Sequence record: NC_047749.1 | Direction: 5' to 3' (one strand) | From: Escherichia phage DT571/2 | Length of the DNA: 64,000 nt | Shown here: in pieces, positions 16,249 through 25,116 of the stretch | How positions within the stretch are numbered: the first letter of the stretch is position 1 | Layout: every line of letters begins with the position of its first letter | Made by a program: the position numbers and the translations under genes | Notes under the pieces: model-generated | What the model saw: the letters and a program-made list of their open reading frames with translations, nothing else | The model's database searches: none | Told to the model about the DNA's origin: nothing

Positions 16249-16842
16249 ATTTATATTGAATTGAGAGACATTAGTAAAAATTGATTTTGCTAATTTTTCT
16301 TAGTGAAGCTGACAAGGGATTTACGGCGAGAGGAATCGATGACCCGTAAATAGCTGCATAAGGTACGTTGCTAGAGCTTTACGAAAAAGTTTTTTCTTGT
16401 TTACAATCCGCGATACGGAACAGTTAGGCTGCCCCATTAAGGGTTGTTTTAACTATTACTAGTGTTTATATTGCATTAGTTAACCTTCAATTAAGTGATC
16501 TGTGTACCCTGAATTCGGAAAGGTAAATCCAAACCGTGCATATTTAGCTCGTTATATAGGCAGAGCTTTATATGGGGGTGCGAACGAAAAGAGCAGCGAA
16601 TGGCGGCACGTACAGTAGTCACCTACCAATAGGATAGTGAGGACAAGTAGAATCGGCTTAGCGGCCAATGACCTAGGTTCTATTCTGTATAAGAGCGAAG
16701 AGAGCACAGCACTGAGATATGATAACTTATTCATATTGTTTGATGATAATTGATGTTTACGTAAATAGTAGTAATAGTTGTTCTATTCTTTCTGAATAGT
16801 CCTAAAGAAAAGATTTCGATTAACCAACACAGGAGTATTATT

Positions 16843-19632
16843 GTGTTTTCTATCCTCCAAGGTCACGCCGGGTTTTCTCGTGATTTAGCAACAGGTATTT
16901 GGCGAGAAATCAAAGCGGGAGATTATACCTTTGCCAAGCGATTCTCGAAAGAGCATCCAGAAGGTAAACCAGCTTCTATGCCCTTCAAATTTGATGTAAT
17001 AGAAGAGCACGACCCACAAAGCCTTGCAGAAATGTTACCACTTATGAGACGTTTAACGTCTGACCCTCATATCGTTGCGGTACGAGGTCGATGTCTTGCA
17101 CCTAAAAATAATGTGCGACGTAAGAAAGATAACTTTAATGTATCTAATCCTAGTAATATTATTGCTATGGACGTGGATGGTATCCTAGATACCGGTGGGT
17201 ACGACAAATTTAATCTTGTTGGTATGGCCCGCCACATTATTAAGATGTTGAATAGTATTAGTGAGGATATGTTTCCTCTTGATGCAGGCTTTATAGCTCA
17301 TGCATCATCTTCGGCTGGGCTAAAACCAGGTATCCGAATGCACTTAATACTAGAATCTAACGTCAAGGTAACTCAGGGTCAGCTAAAGTTCTTATTTACA
17401 TCTATCAATGATAGTAGTAAGCAAAAATTTGGTTTTGATATTGCCGACCTAGCTTATTACTCATCTGTCCAGCTCCACTATTTTGCCGACCCCTTATTTA
17501 GCGATGGTATTGTTGATCCGTTTAAAGCGGAGAGTAAGCCACGTCTGGTGTATGTTAAAGGCTCAAAAGTAAACTTACCTAATAATCTAGTTGACTATGA
17601 AACAACTAGAGGAGAGTTTAAAGAGGAATTCTACTCTTTACTCGATCAAATTAAAGGCAAAAAGATTGCTTCTGATAAAGTAGAAGAAACCATCAGCGAG
17701 TTAGAAGAGGCTGATGATGGAGTGTACTTGCGTATTATCCCCAAACTATACCATAGAGCATTAGAGGATGGTGTTGATTTTGAATGGCTAGAACGTGAGA
17801 TTAAACCAGCTTTATCTGAATATATTGCAACTAAAGATAACAGTCGTAATATTCAAGATTACTTTAATAACGGTCGCAAGCAGGCTCTCAAAGCGTTTGT
17901 TAATAATTCTAAACGTGAGATTCCACCAAATCTGAAAGGTGTTCCACTTAAGAAATTAGAAGTGGATTCTCCACCAGAAGTTCCGTACCTGAAGATTAAC
18001 ATTGTGCCCCCAAAAGGTCATATAACATTTGTTAAGGCAAGTCTTGGTACGGGTAAAACTACGGCAGTAACTAAATGGCTGGACGCAGGTGTTCTTCCGG
18101 GCAACTTTTTAGCAGTTACAAATACTAGAGCACTGGTATCTTCAAATGCCAAGAAATTTAGTGCAGGACAATACGATAAGTCTGTAGATATGCTCAACTT
18201 TAAACGTGGGGCTATTGATCGTATGTCCACAACTATTCACTCTTTGCATAAGTTCAAAAGTTTTATTGGGCAAATAGACACCATTTTTATTGATGAATGT
18301 GACGCTGTAATGAATGACCTATTATTCGCCCCTGTTGTTAAACAACGTCGCGAGTGTATTCAAGTTCTACGTGACATCCTCATGACAGCTAAGACTGTAA
18401 TCTTATCCGATGGTGATATTAGTGCGGAAACAATTGAAGCATATGGTTCTTTGATTGAGTTCGATAAACCAGTTGCATTTTACAATCACCACCGTAAAAT
18501 GTTATCAAAGGCTCATGCTTATGAATTCCCTGATGAATCCAGTATTTGGGTTGCACTTCAGACTTCTCTAGAGATGGGTGAGAAATCTATTCTAGTATCT
18601 GATTGTGGTCCTGATGAGCTGAATGAGAAGGGTATGGCACTACGTCGTAATACTGGTGCATTAGTTAAAGAAATCCATTCAAACTCCACTTCAGATGTGG
18701 ATATTCGACGTATTCTGGATTATACAACTAATGAGCTAATTGATCAACAAATTGATTGCTTATTATGTAGTCCATCCGTAACGAGTGGAGTTGACTTTAA
18801 CTATTTTGATAACGTATTTGTTATTACTAGAACCAGTAATCAGGCGCCAAACATGCGTTTTCAAGCAATCAGGCGCGACCGTGGTGCTCAGAATATCTAT
18901 TATTTTATTGATAAATCCACTAGTGGATTCTCTGCGGGTTCTGAACAATATAATATCGATGAAGGTTGGCTGGAGTTAGCACAGCAATTATATGCACGTC
19001 GCAGGGAGCTGGAGTCTAGGAACTATACTAGTACTTTACGTTATTACTTGCTTGATCAGGGTGCAACTATTGATATTTTCAGTGAAAGCTGGGGAACTAT
19101 TGAAGGTGCTGGTAAAGAATACACAGAAGAGCGAATCAAAGCTATTCTACATTCAACTCCTGATTATTGTGCTCCACGTCATGCGGATGCGTATGAGGCT
19201 AAACTACTTATTGTTCGCTATTATCATCTTGAGTCTATTAAAGATGTAACAGTTGAGCATGTTGAACAATATATCAAAGATAAGCCGAATGATCGAGCTG
19301 CATTCTTCCATAAGATGCACGAGATGTTCTGGGAAGATATTAAGAAGTGTTCAAATGTGACCATTAAACCATTCATAGAAGCTCTGAAAGGTAAGAAGAA
19401 AGATTTCTTCCTTAAAACAGGTCAGAGTGCTAACCCAAAATATGCTAGAATGTATCTTGGTATGATGGGTATTGGTAAAGATATGAACACGGAGAATATC
19501 GTAGACTGGTATAGAACCTACTGCAAAATCGAATGTATGCCAATCCCTCTCAAATTCATGACTGAAGAAGAGAAGGCTATGGCAGAAGAAGCAATGTCAG
19601 AACTAGGTGCTAGAAATGACAGTGAAGAATAA
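16843..19632 (+). CDS. Large ATPase/helicase-like protein (929 aa; Walker A GTGKTT, Walker B IFIDECD); possible replication initiation/origin-binding helicase
   Basis: GTG start with AGGAG RBS; P-loop and DExD motifs in central region; ~390-aa N-terminal domain of unknown function. Confidence 0.85.
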   Translation: MFSILQGHAGFSRDLATGIWREIKAGDYTFAKRFSKEHPEGKPASMPFKFDVIEEHDPQSLAEMLPLMRRLTSDPHIVAVRGRCLAPKNNVRRKKDNFNVSNPSNIIAMDVDGILDTGGYDKFNLVGMARHIIKMLNSISEDMFPLDAGFIAHASSSAGLKPGIRMHLILESNVKVTQGQLKFLFTSINDSSKQKFGFDIADLAYYSSVQLHYFADPLFSDGIVDPFKAESKPRLVYVKGSKVNLPNNLVDYETTRGEFKEEFYSLLDQIKGKKIASDKVEETISELEEADDGVYLRIIPKLYHRALEDGVDFEWLEREIKPALSEYIATKDNSRNIQDYFNNGRKQALKAFVNNSKREIPPNLKGVPLKKLEVDSPPEVPYLKINIVPPKGHITFVKASLGTGKTTAVTKWLDAGVLPGNFLAVTNTRALVSSNAKKFSAGQYDKSVDMLNFKRGAIDRMSTTIHSLHKFKSFIGQIDTIFIDECDAVMNDLLFAPVVKQRRECIQVLRDILMTAKTVILSDGDISAETIEAYGSLIEFDKPVAFYNHHRKMLSKAHAYEFPDESSIWVALQTSLEMGEKSILVSDCGPDELNEKGMALRRNTGALVKEIHSNSTSDVDIRRILDYTTNELIDQQIDCLLCSPSVTSGVDFNYFDNVFVITRTSNQAPNMRFQAIRRDRGAQNIYYFIDKSTSGFSAGSEQYNIDEGWLELAQQLYARRRELESRNYTSTLRYYLLDQGATIDIFSESWGTIEGAGKEYTEERIKAILHSTPDYCAPRHADAYEAKLLIVRYYHLESIKDVTVEHVEQYIKDKPNDRAAFFHKMHEMFWEDIKKCSNVTIKPFIEALKGKKKDFFLKTGQSANPKYARMYLGMMGIGKDMNTENIVDWYRTYCKIECMPIPLKFMTEEEKAMAEEAMSELGARNDSEE

Positions 19633-19849
19633 AAAATGGGAAACAAGGAAGTTTCCAGTAAAAGAACGTAAAGTTCCTGTTTATGATACTTCGGAGAAGC
19701 TATGTAGGGTGGTTCCTGCTAGACTAGCAGGTATCCCTAACATATCCGAGTGGTTACTTAAACAACGGAGGACTAGCGTATCCCTTCGCATAGGGTTTGA
19801 GTTGGATAAAGTATATGCTGAACTTTCTTCTTTGCTCAAGGAATCATAA
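19616..19849 (+). CDS. Small hypothetical protein (~77 aa)
   Basis: ATG overlapping end of upstream gene; weak RBS. Confidence 0.35.
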   Translation: MTVKNKKWETRKFPVKERKVPVYDTSEKLCRVVPARLAGIPNISEWLLKQRRTSVSLRIGFELDKVYAELSSLLKES

Positions 19850-19858
19850 AAAATTTAC

Positions 19859-19887
19859 TTGCATAGTTCAAAAAATTTCTGTATAAT
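19859..19887 (+). promoter_or_regulatory. Sigma70-type promoter TTGCAT-17-TATAAT
   Basis: Hexamers/spacing; conserved downstream CATAAATTTGAGAGAGGAG. Confidence 0.65.
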
Positions 19888-19918
19888 AGATTCATAAATT
19901 TGAGAGAGGAGTTTAAAT

Positions 19919-20623
19919 ATGGCTGGTTCTCGCAGAAAGAAACATATCCATGAAATCCCGGATGAAGTCTTTAAAAAAGTTATAGAGCATCTGGAGAACG
20001 GTGGTACTAAGAAAGCAGCATGTGAGATGCTCGGCGTATCATCCAATCCGACTATGGAAAGGATGATAGAAGAGTGGCAAGATCGCCAAATTCAAGTTGC
20101 CGAGATGAAGAAAAAGAAACGTGGTACACTCATTGAAGGCATCGAGTTAGCTAACGTTATTGAACAGTATTTATCCGGTGATTCTTTTGAAGAGATTGCC
20201 GATCGTAATTATCGCTCTGTAGCAATGGTTAAATCTGTTCTGGAACGATATGGTGCTCTACTTCGTTTGAACGATATTGTAGACCCGTTGAATCCACCAA
20301 TTATTCCTGATGATGCTGTAGCAGAAGAATTTGAAGTAGGTGAGCTAGTTTGGGTTCCTGGATACCAGTGTATCGGTGAAATCAAAAAAGCAATGGATAA
20401 CCCTGTTGGTTGTTACCGTGTATGGCTTCTATCAGAAGGCAAACAACAGAATGTTCATTATATGAATTATGAATTAGCTTCTGTAAAGCATTTAGAAAAG
20501 CTAGGGGTTGACGTAAAATCTCTGGGGTATAAATGGTCCCGGGAAGAAGTTATCACACTGATTAACGAAGCTGTTAAGGCTGCCTTGAAACTTGATAAAG
20601 AAAAAGGAAAACGCCGTGAGTAA
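19919..20623 (+). CDS. Putative DNA-binding protein (N-terminal HTH-like segment)
   Basis: GGTKKAACEMLGVSSNPTMERM resembles HTH; strong promoter and GAGAGGAG RBS upstream. Confidence 0.7.
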   Translation: MAGSRRKKHIHEIPDEVFKKVIEHLENGGTKKAACEMLGVSSNPTMERMIEEWQDRQIQVAEMKKKKRGTLIEGIELANVIEQYLSGDSFEEIADRNYRSVAMVKSVLERYGALLRLNDIVDPLNPPIIPDDAVAEEFEVGELVWVPGYQCIGEIKKAMDNPVGCYRVWLLSEGKQQNVHYMNYELASVKHLEKLGVDVKSLGYKWSREEVITLINEAVKAALKLDKEKGKRRE

Positions 20624-20867
20624 ACTAACTGATTTGCTTAAAGATGGGGAAGTAAAAACACTATATCGTAGAAGCTGGGATAACGATAATAACGGCTTAG
20701 TGTTACTAACTTTAGATGCTGACTCGGATGTAGCTACTCAACATACCTGGGTAGCGGGCAACTATCCATATAGCGAAGTTGTTTCATTAACAGTATGCGA
20801 AGCTGTTGCAGACGATTGGGAGATTGCCAGCATTGATGATATGCTCGCTGTTGGCCTGGTGGAGTAA
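20616..20867 (+). CDS. Hypothetical protein (~83 aa)
   Basis: GTG start 5 nt after AAAAAGGAAAA; overlaps stop of upstream gene. Confidence 0.45.
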   Translation: MSKLTDLLKDGEVKTLYRRSWDNDNNGLVLLTLDADSDVATQHTWVAGNYPYSEVVSLTVCEAVADDWEIASIDDMLAVGLVE

Positions 20868-20884
20868 CTACTTAAAAATTTCAG

Positions 20885-20913
20885 TTGCTTAATCCTACAA
20901 TTCTTGATATAAT
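20885..20913 (+). promoter_or_regulatory. Sigma70-type promoter TTGCTT-17-TATAAT
   Basis: Hexamers/spacing, A-tract. Confidence 0.65.
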
Positions 20914-20970
20914 ATTCTCATAGTTTGAAAGAACTATTCTGTTTAATTCTTAATTAAGGAAATATAAAAT

Positions 20971-21381
20971 ATGACTACTCCAACTCAGTGGACTGATGAA
21001 CTGTTCGAAAAAATGTCTTCCGAATACGTTGCTCGTATGGAGCAATTCCCAGAGGATGAACGTCCGAGTGTTAGCATGGAAATTGTTAGTGAAATTGCCC
21101 AGGAAAATGGTGTAACTCCGAACGGTTTTCGTATGAAGCTGACTAAAGCAGGTTTGTATATTAAGAAAGCTGCTGGCTCTGCTTCTAAATCTAGTGCATC
21201 TACTGGAGAAAAAGCTTCCGGTGGTTCTCGTACCTCCAAAGCCCAGGCTCATGCCGACCTTCGTTCAGCGTTCTCTGATGCTGGCTTAGCACCAGATTTT
21301 CTGGATGATGCAATTATCGACAAACTGACCGGTAAAGCGGCTGCTCATCTGGCAGAAGCAATCCGAGCTATCACTAAGTAA
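20971..21381 (+). CDS. Hypothetical protein (136 aa), codon usage suggests high expression
   Basis: Own promoter 20885-20913; AAGGAAAT RBS. Confidence 0.65.
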   Translation: MTTPTQWTDELFEKMSSEYVARMEQFPEDERPSVSMEIVSEIAQENGVTPNGFRMKLTKAGLYIKKAAGSASKSSASTGEKASGGSRTSKAQAHADLRSAFSDAGLAPDFLDDAIIDKLTGKAAAHLAEAIRAITK

Positions 21382-21395
21382 TAGGGAGATTATAC

Positions 21396-21683
21396 ATGAA
21401 TAAACAAGAAATTATCTCCGCATGTGAAGCCCATAATGAGTTCTACCTTCATTATGAGAAACTACGCCAAAAGGGTACTACATACCTTCAGGGTACTATG
21501 GATTTTTCTGATAAGTACCTAAGTAAACGTTTTGCTCAGGAGCGTATCCGTCAACCAAAAGATGACGAAATTCTAGTGTTTAGTCGCACTAATGACAGCT
21601 TCCGATTTATTCCTGTTGCGAAAGTTCGTCGCATTACGAGCCTTCAGTCAGAGTTAGATCGTGCTTCTCCAGTAGGCCGATAA
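21396..21683 (+). CDS. Hypothetical protein (95 aa)
   Basis: GGGAGA RBS; compact spacing. Confidence 0.6.
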   Translation: MNKQEIISACEAHNEFYLHYEKLRQKGTTYLQGTMDFSDKYLSKRFAQERIRQPKDDEILVFSRTNDSFRFIPVAKVRRITSLQSELDRASPVGR

Positions 21684-21733
21684 GAAACCAATTAGCCCCT
21701 ATATGGGGCTTTTTGTGTATTTGAGAAACGTAA

Positions 21734-22042
21734 ATGAGCGATCAGGTAAACCAAAACTATGAAGGACACGTTGATGATCAGTCAATCCTTCTATGGGAAA
21801 GAGAAGGGGAACAAATAAGATTGACAGTATCTGAATTTCGTGGGAATCTATACATGGGAATTAGGTATTGGCTCCAGGATATTACTGGAGAATGGTTTCC
21901 AACGAAATCCGGCTTCTCTTTTCCGTACACTCTAGAAACTACTTCACAGCTATTCTATGCTTTTACGCAAATCCTTAGTGAATCTGAGGTTTTACATGAA
22001 GTACAGAAACGAGCTGAAGAACTCAAAGCCAAGAATGCCTAG
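21734..22042 (+). CDS. Hypothetical protein (102 aa)
   Basis: ORF ends inside terminator stem. Confidence 0.6.
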   Translation: MSDQVNQNYEGHVDDQSILLWEREGEQIRLTVSEFRGNLYMGIRYWLQDITGEWFPTKSGFSFPYTLETTSQLFYAFTQILSESEVLHEVQKRAEELKAKNA

Positions 22043-22059
22043 TTCTTGGCTTTTTCTTT
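22028..22059 (+). terminator. Intrinsic terminator
   Basis: GCCAAGAA-loop-TTCTTGGC followed by TTTTTCTTT; overlaps stop codon. Confidence 0.75.
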
Positions 22060-22069
22060 ATAAATGTAT

Positions 22070-22098
22070 TTGCTTTCAACTCAGTTTTGTTATATAAT
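22070..22098 (+). promoter_or_regulatory. Sigma70-type promoter TTGCTT-17-TATAAT
   Basis: Hexamers/spacing; directly after terminator. Confidence 0.65.
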
Positions 22099-22127
22099 AT
22101 TTATATAAATTAATGAGAGGATCAATC

Positions 22128-22328
22128 ATGGCAATGACAATAACACTTCCCAAGATTCAAGCAAAACTTAATCTACTTTCCACAGCACGCATTAATTATC
22201 AAGATAACATAGGCACAGTAAATCAAAAGGCGTACAAAGATGCGTTTCTGAAAGAATCTGCTGATTTGATGGATATGGTTACACAATATAATAAAGAACT
22301 CAAGATGGAAATCGCCGATGATGACTAA
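22128..22328 (+). CDS. Small hypothetical protein (66 aa)
   Basis: ATG 7 nt after GAGAGGA; downstream of promoter 22070-22098. Confidence 0.5.
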   Translation: MAMTITLPKIQAKLNLLSTARINYQDNIGTVNQKAYKDAFLKESADLMDMVTQYNKELKMEIADDD

Positions 22329-23292
22329 TGTAAAAGAATTTATTAAACGCTGTCAAGAAGCATATTATCAAGGCATGTCTTTAATCTCTGATGAAGAATA
22401 TGATCGCCTGGTAAAACGCTTCCCGTTAGAGGAAGAGATCGGGCCTAAGGGTGATATTCCACATCTATACCGTATGTATTCTTTACAGAAAGTTTATTAT
22501 AATCGTGGAGATAAACCCCCATTTAACCCGTTAGGTCAAGTAGAAACTGATAAGTTAGATGGTTGTGCAATTTCCCTGCTATATATTAATGGCGAATTTG
22601 TTCAAGCACTAACTCGTGGTAATGGTATTCTGGGAAATGATGTCACAAGCAACGTAAGATTGCTGAACATCCCTAAAAAGATTTCTCAAAAAGTACCTAC
22701 TCAAATCACTGGTGAAGTTCTAATTACAAAAGAAGTAGAAAATAAACGTAACTTTGCCTCTGGTGCTATTAACCTCAAAGATAGTGATGATTTCGTACAG
22801 CGTATCGGGGAAGGTGGTTTAATCTTCGTTGCATACGGTATCCAGTGTTCTGCTGAATCTGTAGGTATTACAGAAGCGTATTTAAAAGATATGCTTTGGC
22901 TAGAGAATGAGAACTTCTTAACAGTTGTTAATGTACGTTCCTTCTTTAAATGGATTCCAACGGACGGTAAAGTTGTTCGTATTAATGATAACAACAAATT
23001 CTTCCGTGAAGGCTGGACTAATAAATTTCCTCGCGGTGCATTTGCTATTAAAGAGGATGAAGAAGGTGAGACTACAACTCTTACTAAAGTTGAATGGAAT
23101 GTAGGGGCTTCTGGTAAAGTAACTCCAGTCGGTTATTTTGAACCAGTAATTATTGATGATGCTACAATTGTTAAAGCGACTCTTAATAACGTTGATTATA
23201 TTAACTCTCTCGATCTAGAGATCGGTTGCCAGATTCGAGTGATTCGTGCTGGTGGTGTAATCCCGTGCATAGTAGAACGAGTATACGATTAA
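22318..23292 (+). CDS. ligA: NAD-dependent DNA ligase, N-terminal part (adenylation + OB domains)
   Basis: Adenylation KxDG motif in TDKLDGCAISLLY; 324 aa; separate downstream ORF carries Zn-finger/HhH/BRCT part. Confidence 0.88.
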   Translation: MMTNVKEFIKRCQEAYYQGMSLISDEEYDRLVKRFPLEEEIGPKGDIPHLYRMYSLQKVYYNRGDKPPFNPLGQVETDKLDGCAISLLYINGEFVQALTRGNGILGNDVTSNVRLLNIPKKISQKVPTQITGEVLITKEVENKRNFASGAINLKDSDDFVQRIGEGGLIFVAYGIQCSAESVGITEAYLKDMLWLENENFLTVVNVRSFFKWIPTDGKVVRINDNNKFFREGWTNKFPRGAFAIKEDEEGETTTLTKVEWNVGASGKVTPVGYFEPVIIDDATIVKATLNNVDYINSLDLEIGCQIRVIRAGGVIPCIVERVYD

Positions 23293-23342
23293 TACATAAC
23301 CCTTTGCTACCCATTTACCATATCGGAATTATAAAGTGGTTA

Positions 23343-23371
23343 TTGACATTTTCGCCGCTTAGGTATATACT
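23343..23371 (+). promoter_or_regulatory. Near-consensus sigma70 promoter TTGACA-17-TATACT between ligA and ligB
   Basis: Hexamers/spacing. Confidence 0.6.
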
Positions 23372-23435
23372 ATTATCATTCAGTTGAGGGATAGAAAGTT
23401 ATGGCGAGGGTAAGCAAAGTTAGTTAAAATTGTAG

Positions 23436-23464
23436 TTGCTAAATGCTTAAATACTTGCTATAAT
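23436..23464 (+). promoter_or_regulatory. Sigma70-type promoter TTGCTA-17-TATAAT upstream of ligB
   Basis: Hexamers/spacing. Confidence 0.65.
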
Positions 23465-23494
23465 ATTTATATAAATTGATAAGGAAGAAATTTG

Positions 23495-24274
23495 ATGAAA
23501 ATCGAAATTCCAACACAATGTCCCTCTTGTGGTTCTAAGCTAGATCTTGTCAACGGACAATTATTCTGTCGTAATAAGTCCAACTGTCCAGCGCAATCAA
23601 GTAAGTTAATTGAGAACTTCTGTACAAAAATGAAGTTAAAGGGCTTTGGCCCGAAAACTATTGAGAAGCTGGAGCTGACGAAGATTTCAGAACTATTTTA
23701 CCTAACCGAAGAAGATTTGGTTAGAGCCGTGGGTAGCAAGGTTGCCGCTAAGTTAATTAGCGAATTAAATACTAAAGTTCGCGGAGACATTGACTTTGGT
23801 TCAGTTCTCGGTTCTTTAGGAATCCCTCTAATTGGAGAGGTTGCAGCAAAGAAATTATCCCAAAATTGCACTAGCTTCCACGATGTGAAGGCTGACGGCA
23901 AGGCTGGAGAAAACTATAAAGCCTGGCTAAATTCCCCACAAGGCAAGGATGTTATCGAATTACCGTGGAAATTCTCAAATGGTATTAAAGGTGCTAAAGC
24001 TGACATCATCATTACAGATGAATTAGTTGCCCCGCCAAATGGAATCACGGTGTGTATTACCGGATCTTTGCAAGATTTTGCAAATCGAACGGATGCAACA
24101 AACTATCTAGAAGGTCTAGGGTATACTGTTAAAAAATCAGTTACCAAAGACGTTAAATACCTCATCTGTGAGGATGAATCTAAGCGTTCTTCCTCATCTT
24201 ATAAGAAAGCCGAAACGAATGGGATAGAAATCCTGTCGATTAAAGAACTATTGGAGAAAAATAATAATGTCTAA
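23495..24274 (+). CDS. ligB: NAD-dependent DNA ligase, C-terminal part (Zn finger, HhH, BRCT)
   Basis: CPSCGSKLDL...CRNKSNCPAQ Zn ribbon; BRCT-like C-terminus; ATG with AAGGAAG RBS. Confidence 0.88.
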   Translation: MKIEIPTQCPSCGSKLDLVNGQLFCRNKSNCPAQSSKLIENFCTKMKLKGFGPKTIEKLELTKISELFYLTEEDLVRAVGSKVAAKLISELNTKVRGDIDFGSVLGSLGIPLIGEVAAKKLSQNCTSFHDVKADGKAGENYKAWLNSPQGKDVIELPWKFSNGIKGAKADIIITDELVAPPNGITVCITGSLQDFANRTDATNYLEGLGYTVKKSVTKDVKYLICEDESKRSSSSYKKAETNGIEILSIKELLEKNNNV

Positions 24275-25034
24275 ACTGAACTGGAACGTAGAAGGTGTAA
24301 CCGAGTCTCTGAAAGCAAAAGCCACTGCTCTGGGTGTTGCTGTAATCTCTCAAGAACAAGTAGCTGCTATCGCTGCTGAACTGGCTGCTGAAACTGGCAA
24401 AGACGTTACCGCTCGCTCTGTTGGCTCTAAGCTGCGTAAAGAAGGTTTCGAAGTACAGAAAGCTAACGAAGTACAGAAATCCCCGTGGACTCCTGAGCAG
24501 GAAGCTGAACTGGTTGATTTCCTGAACTCTCATGCTGGTCAGTATACTTATGCTGAAATCGCTGCTGCTGTAGCTGGTGGTCAGTTCGGTGCTAAACAGG
24601 TACAGGGTAAGATCCTGAGTCTGGAAATGACCGCTTCTGTTAAACCAACTGAAAAAGCTGCTGCTGTTCGTTCCTTCACTCCGGATGAAGAAACTGATTT
24701 TGTTAATCAGGTTGTTGCTGGTGCTACTATTGAAGCTATCGCTGCCCACTTCGGTCGCAATATTAAGCAGATCCGTGGTAAAGCTCTGAGTCTGCTTCGT
24801 GAAGGTCGTATCGCTGCTATGCCGGTACAGGAAACTTCAAGTGCTAAAACTCGTGAAGATCTGCTAGAAGGTCTGGATCTGGCTAACATGACTGTTGCTG
24901 AGATCGCTGAGAAAACTGGTAAGTCTGAGCGCGGTGTTAAATCTATGCTGTCTCGTCGTGGTCTGGTTGCTAAGGACTATGATGGTGCCGCTAAGCGTGC
25001 TAAACTGGATGCAAAAGCTGCGGCTGCTGAATAA
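24267..25034 (+). CDS. Protein with four tandem ~45-aa HTH-like repeats, likely abundant DNA-binding protein
   Basis: Repeats of T-x-E-x-E ... EIAA-x-x-G ... GK-x-LSL; codon usage rich in ctg/cgt/ggt/gct; followed by strong terminator. Confidence 0.75.
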   Translation: MSKLNWNVEGVTESLKAKATALGVAVISQEQVAAIAAELAAETGKDVTARSVGSKLRKEGFEVQKANEVQKSPWTPEQEAELVDFLNSHAGQYTYAEIAAAVAGGQFGAKQVQGKILSLEMTASVKPTEKAAAVRSFTPDEETDFVNQVVAGATIEAIAAHFGRNIKQIRGKALSLLREGRIAAMPVQETSSAKTREDLLEGLDLANMTVAEIAEKTGKSERGVKSMLSRRGLVAKDYDGAAKRAKLDAKAAAAE

Positions 25035-25051
25035 TCTGGTAAATTAAACCT

Positions 25052-25085
25052 AAGGGGAGGGGGCTATGCTCCTTCCCCTTTTTGC
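25052..25085 (+). terminator. Intrinsic terminator after HTH-repeat protein gene
   Basis: ~12-bp G/C-rich stem (AAGGGGAGGGGG ... CTCCTTCCCCTT) followed by TTTTTG. Confidence 0.75.
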
Positions 25086-25116
25086 ATTTAGAAGGCACGA
25101 AAGCGTGCAAAGGAGA

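Noticed and set aside
16552-16734. 60-aa hydrophobic minus-strand ORF in the non-coding leader region
   Set aside because: No RBS, opposite to the local transcription direction set by the 16220 promoter; more likely chance ORF.
16129-16842. tRNA genes (T5-like phages often carry tRNA clusters)
   Set aside because: No GGTTCGAATCC-type T-loop flanked by complementary stems or cloverleaf arrangement was found by eye here or in other intergenic regions; needs tRNAscan to confirm absence.
24240-24749. 169-aa minus-strand ORF
   Set aside because: Antisense to the HTH-repeat protein gene, whose biased codon usage generates an open antisense frame.
25066-25116. Track start codon of helicase ORF at 25066
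   Set aside because: This ATG lies inside the terminator hairpin of the preceding gene; an internal start (ATG 25117 or TTG 25123) after the hairpin is more plausible.
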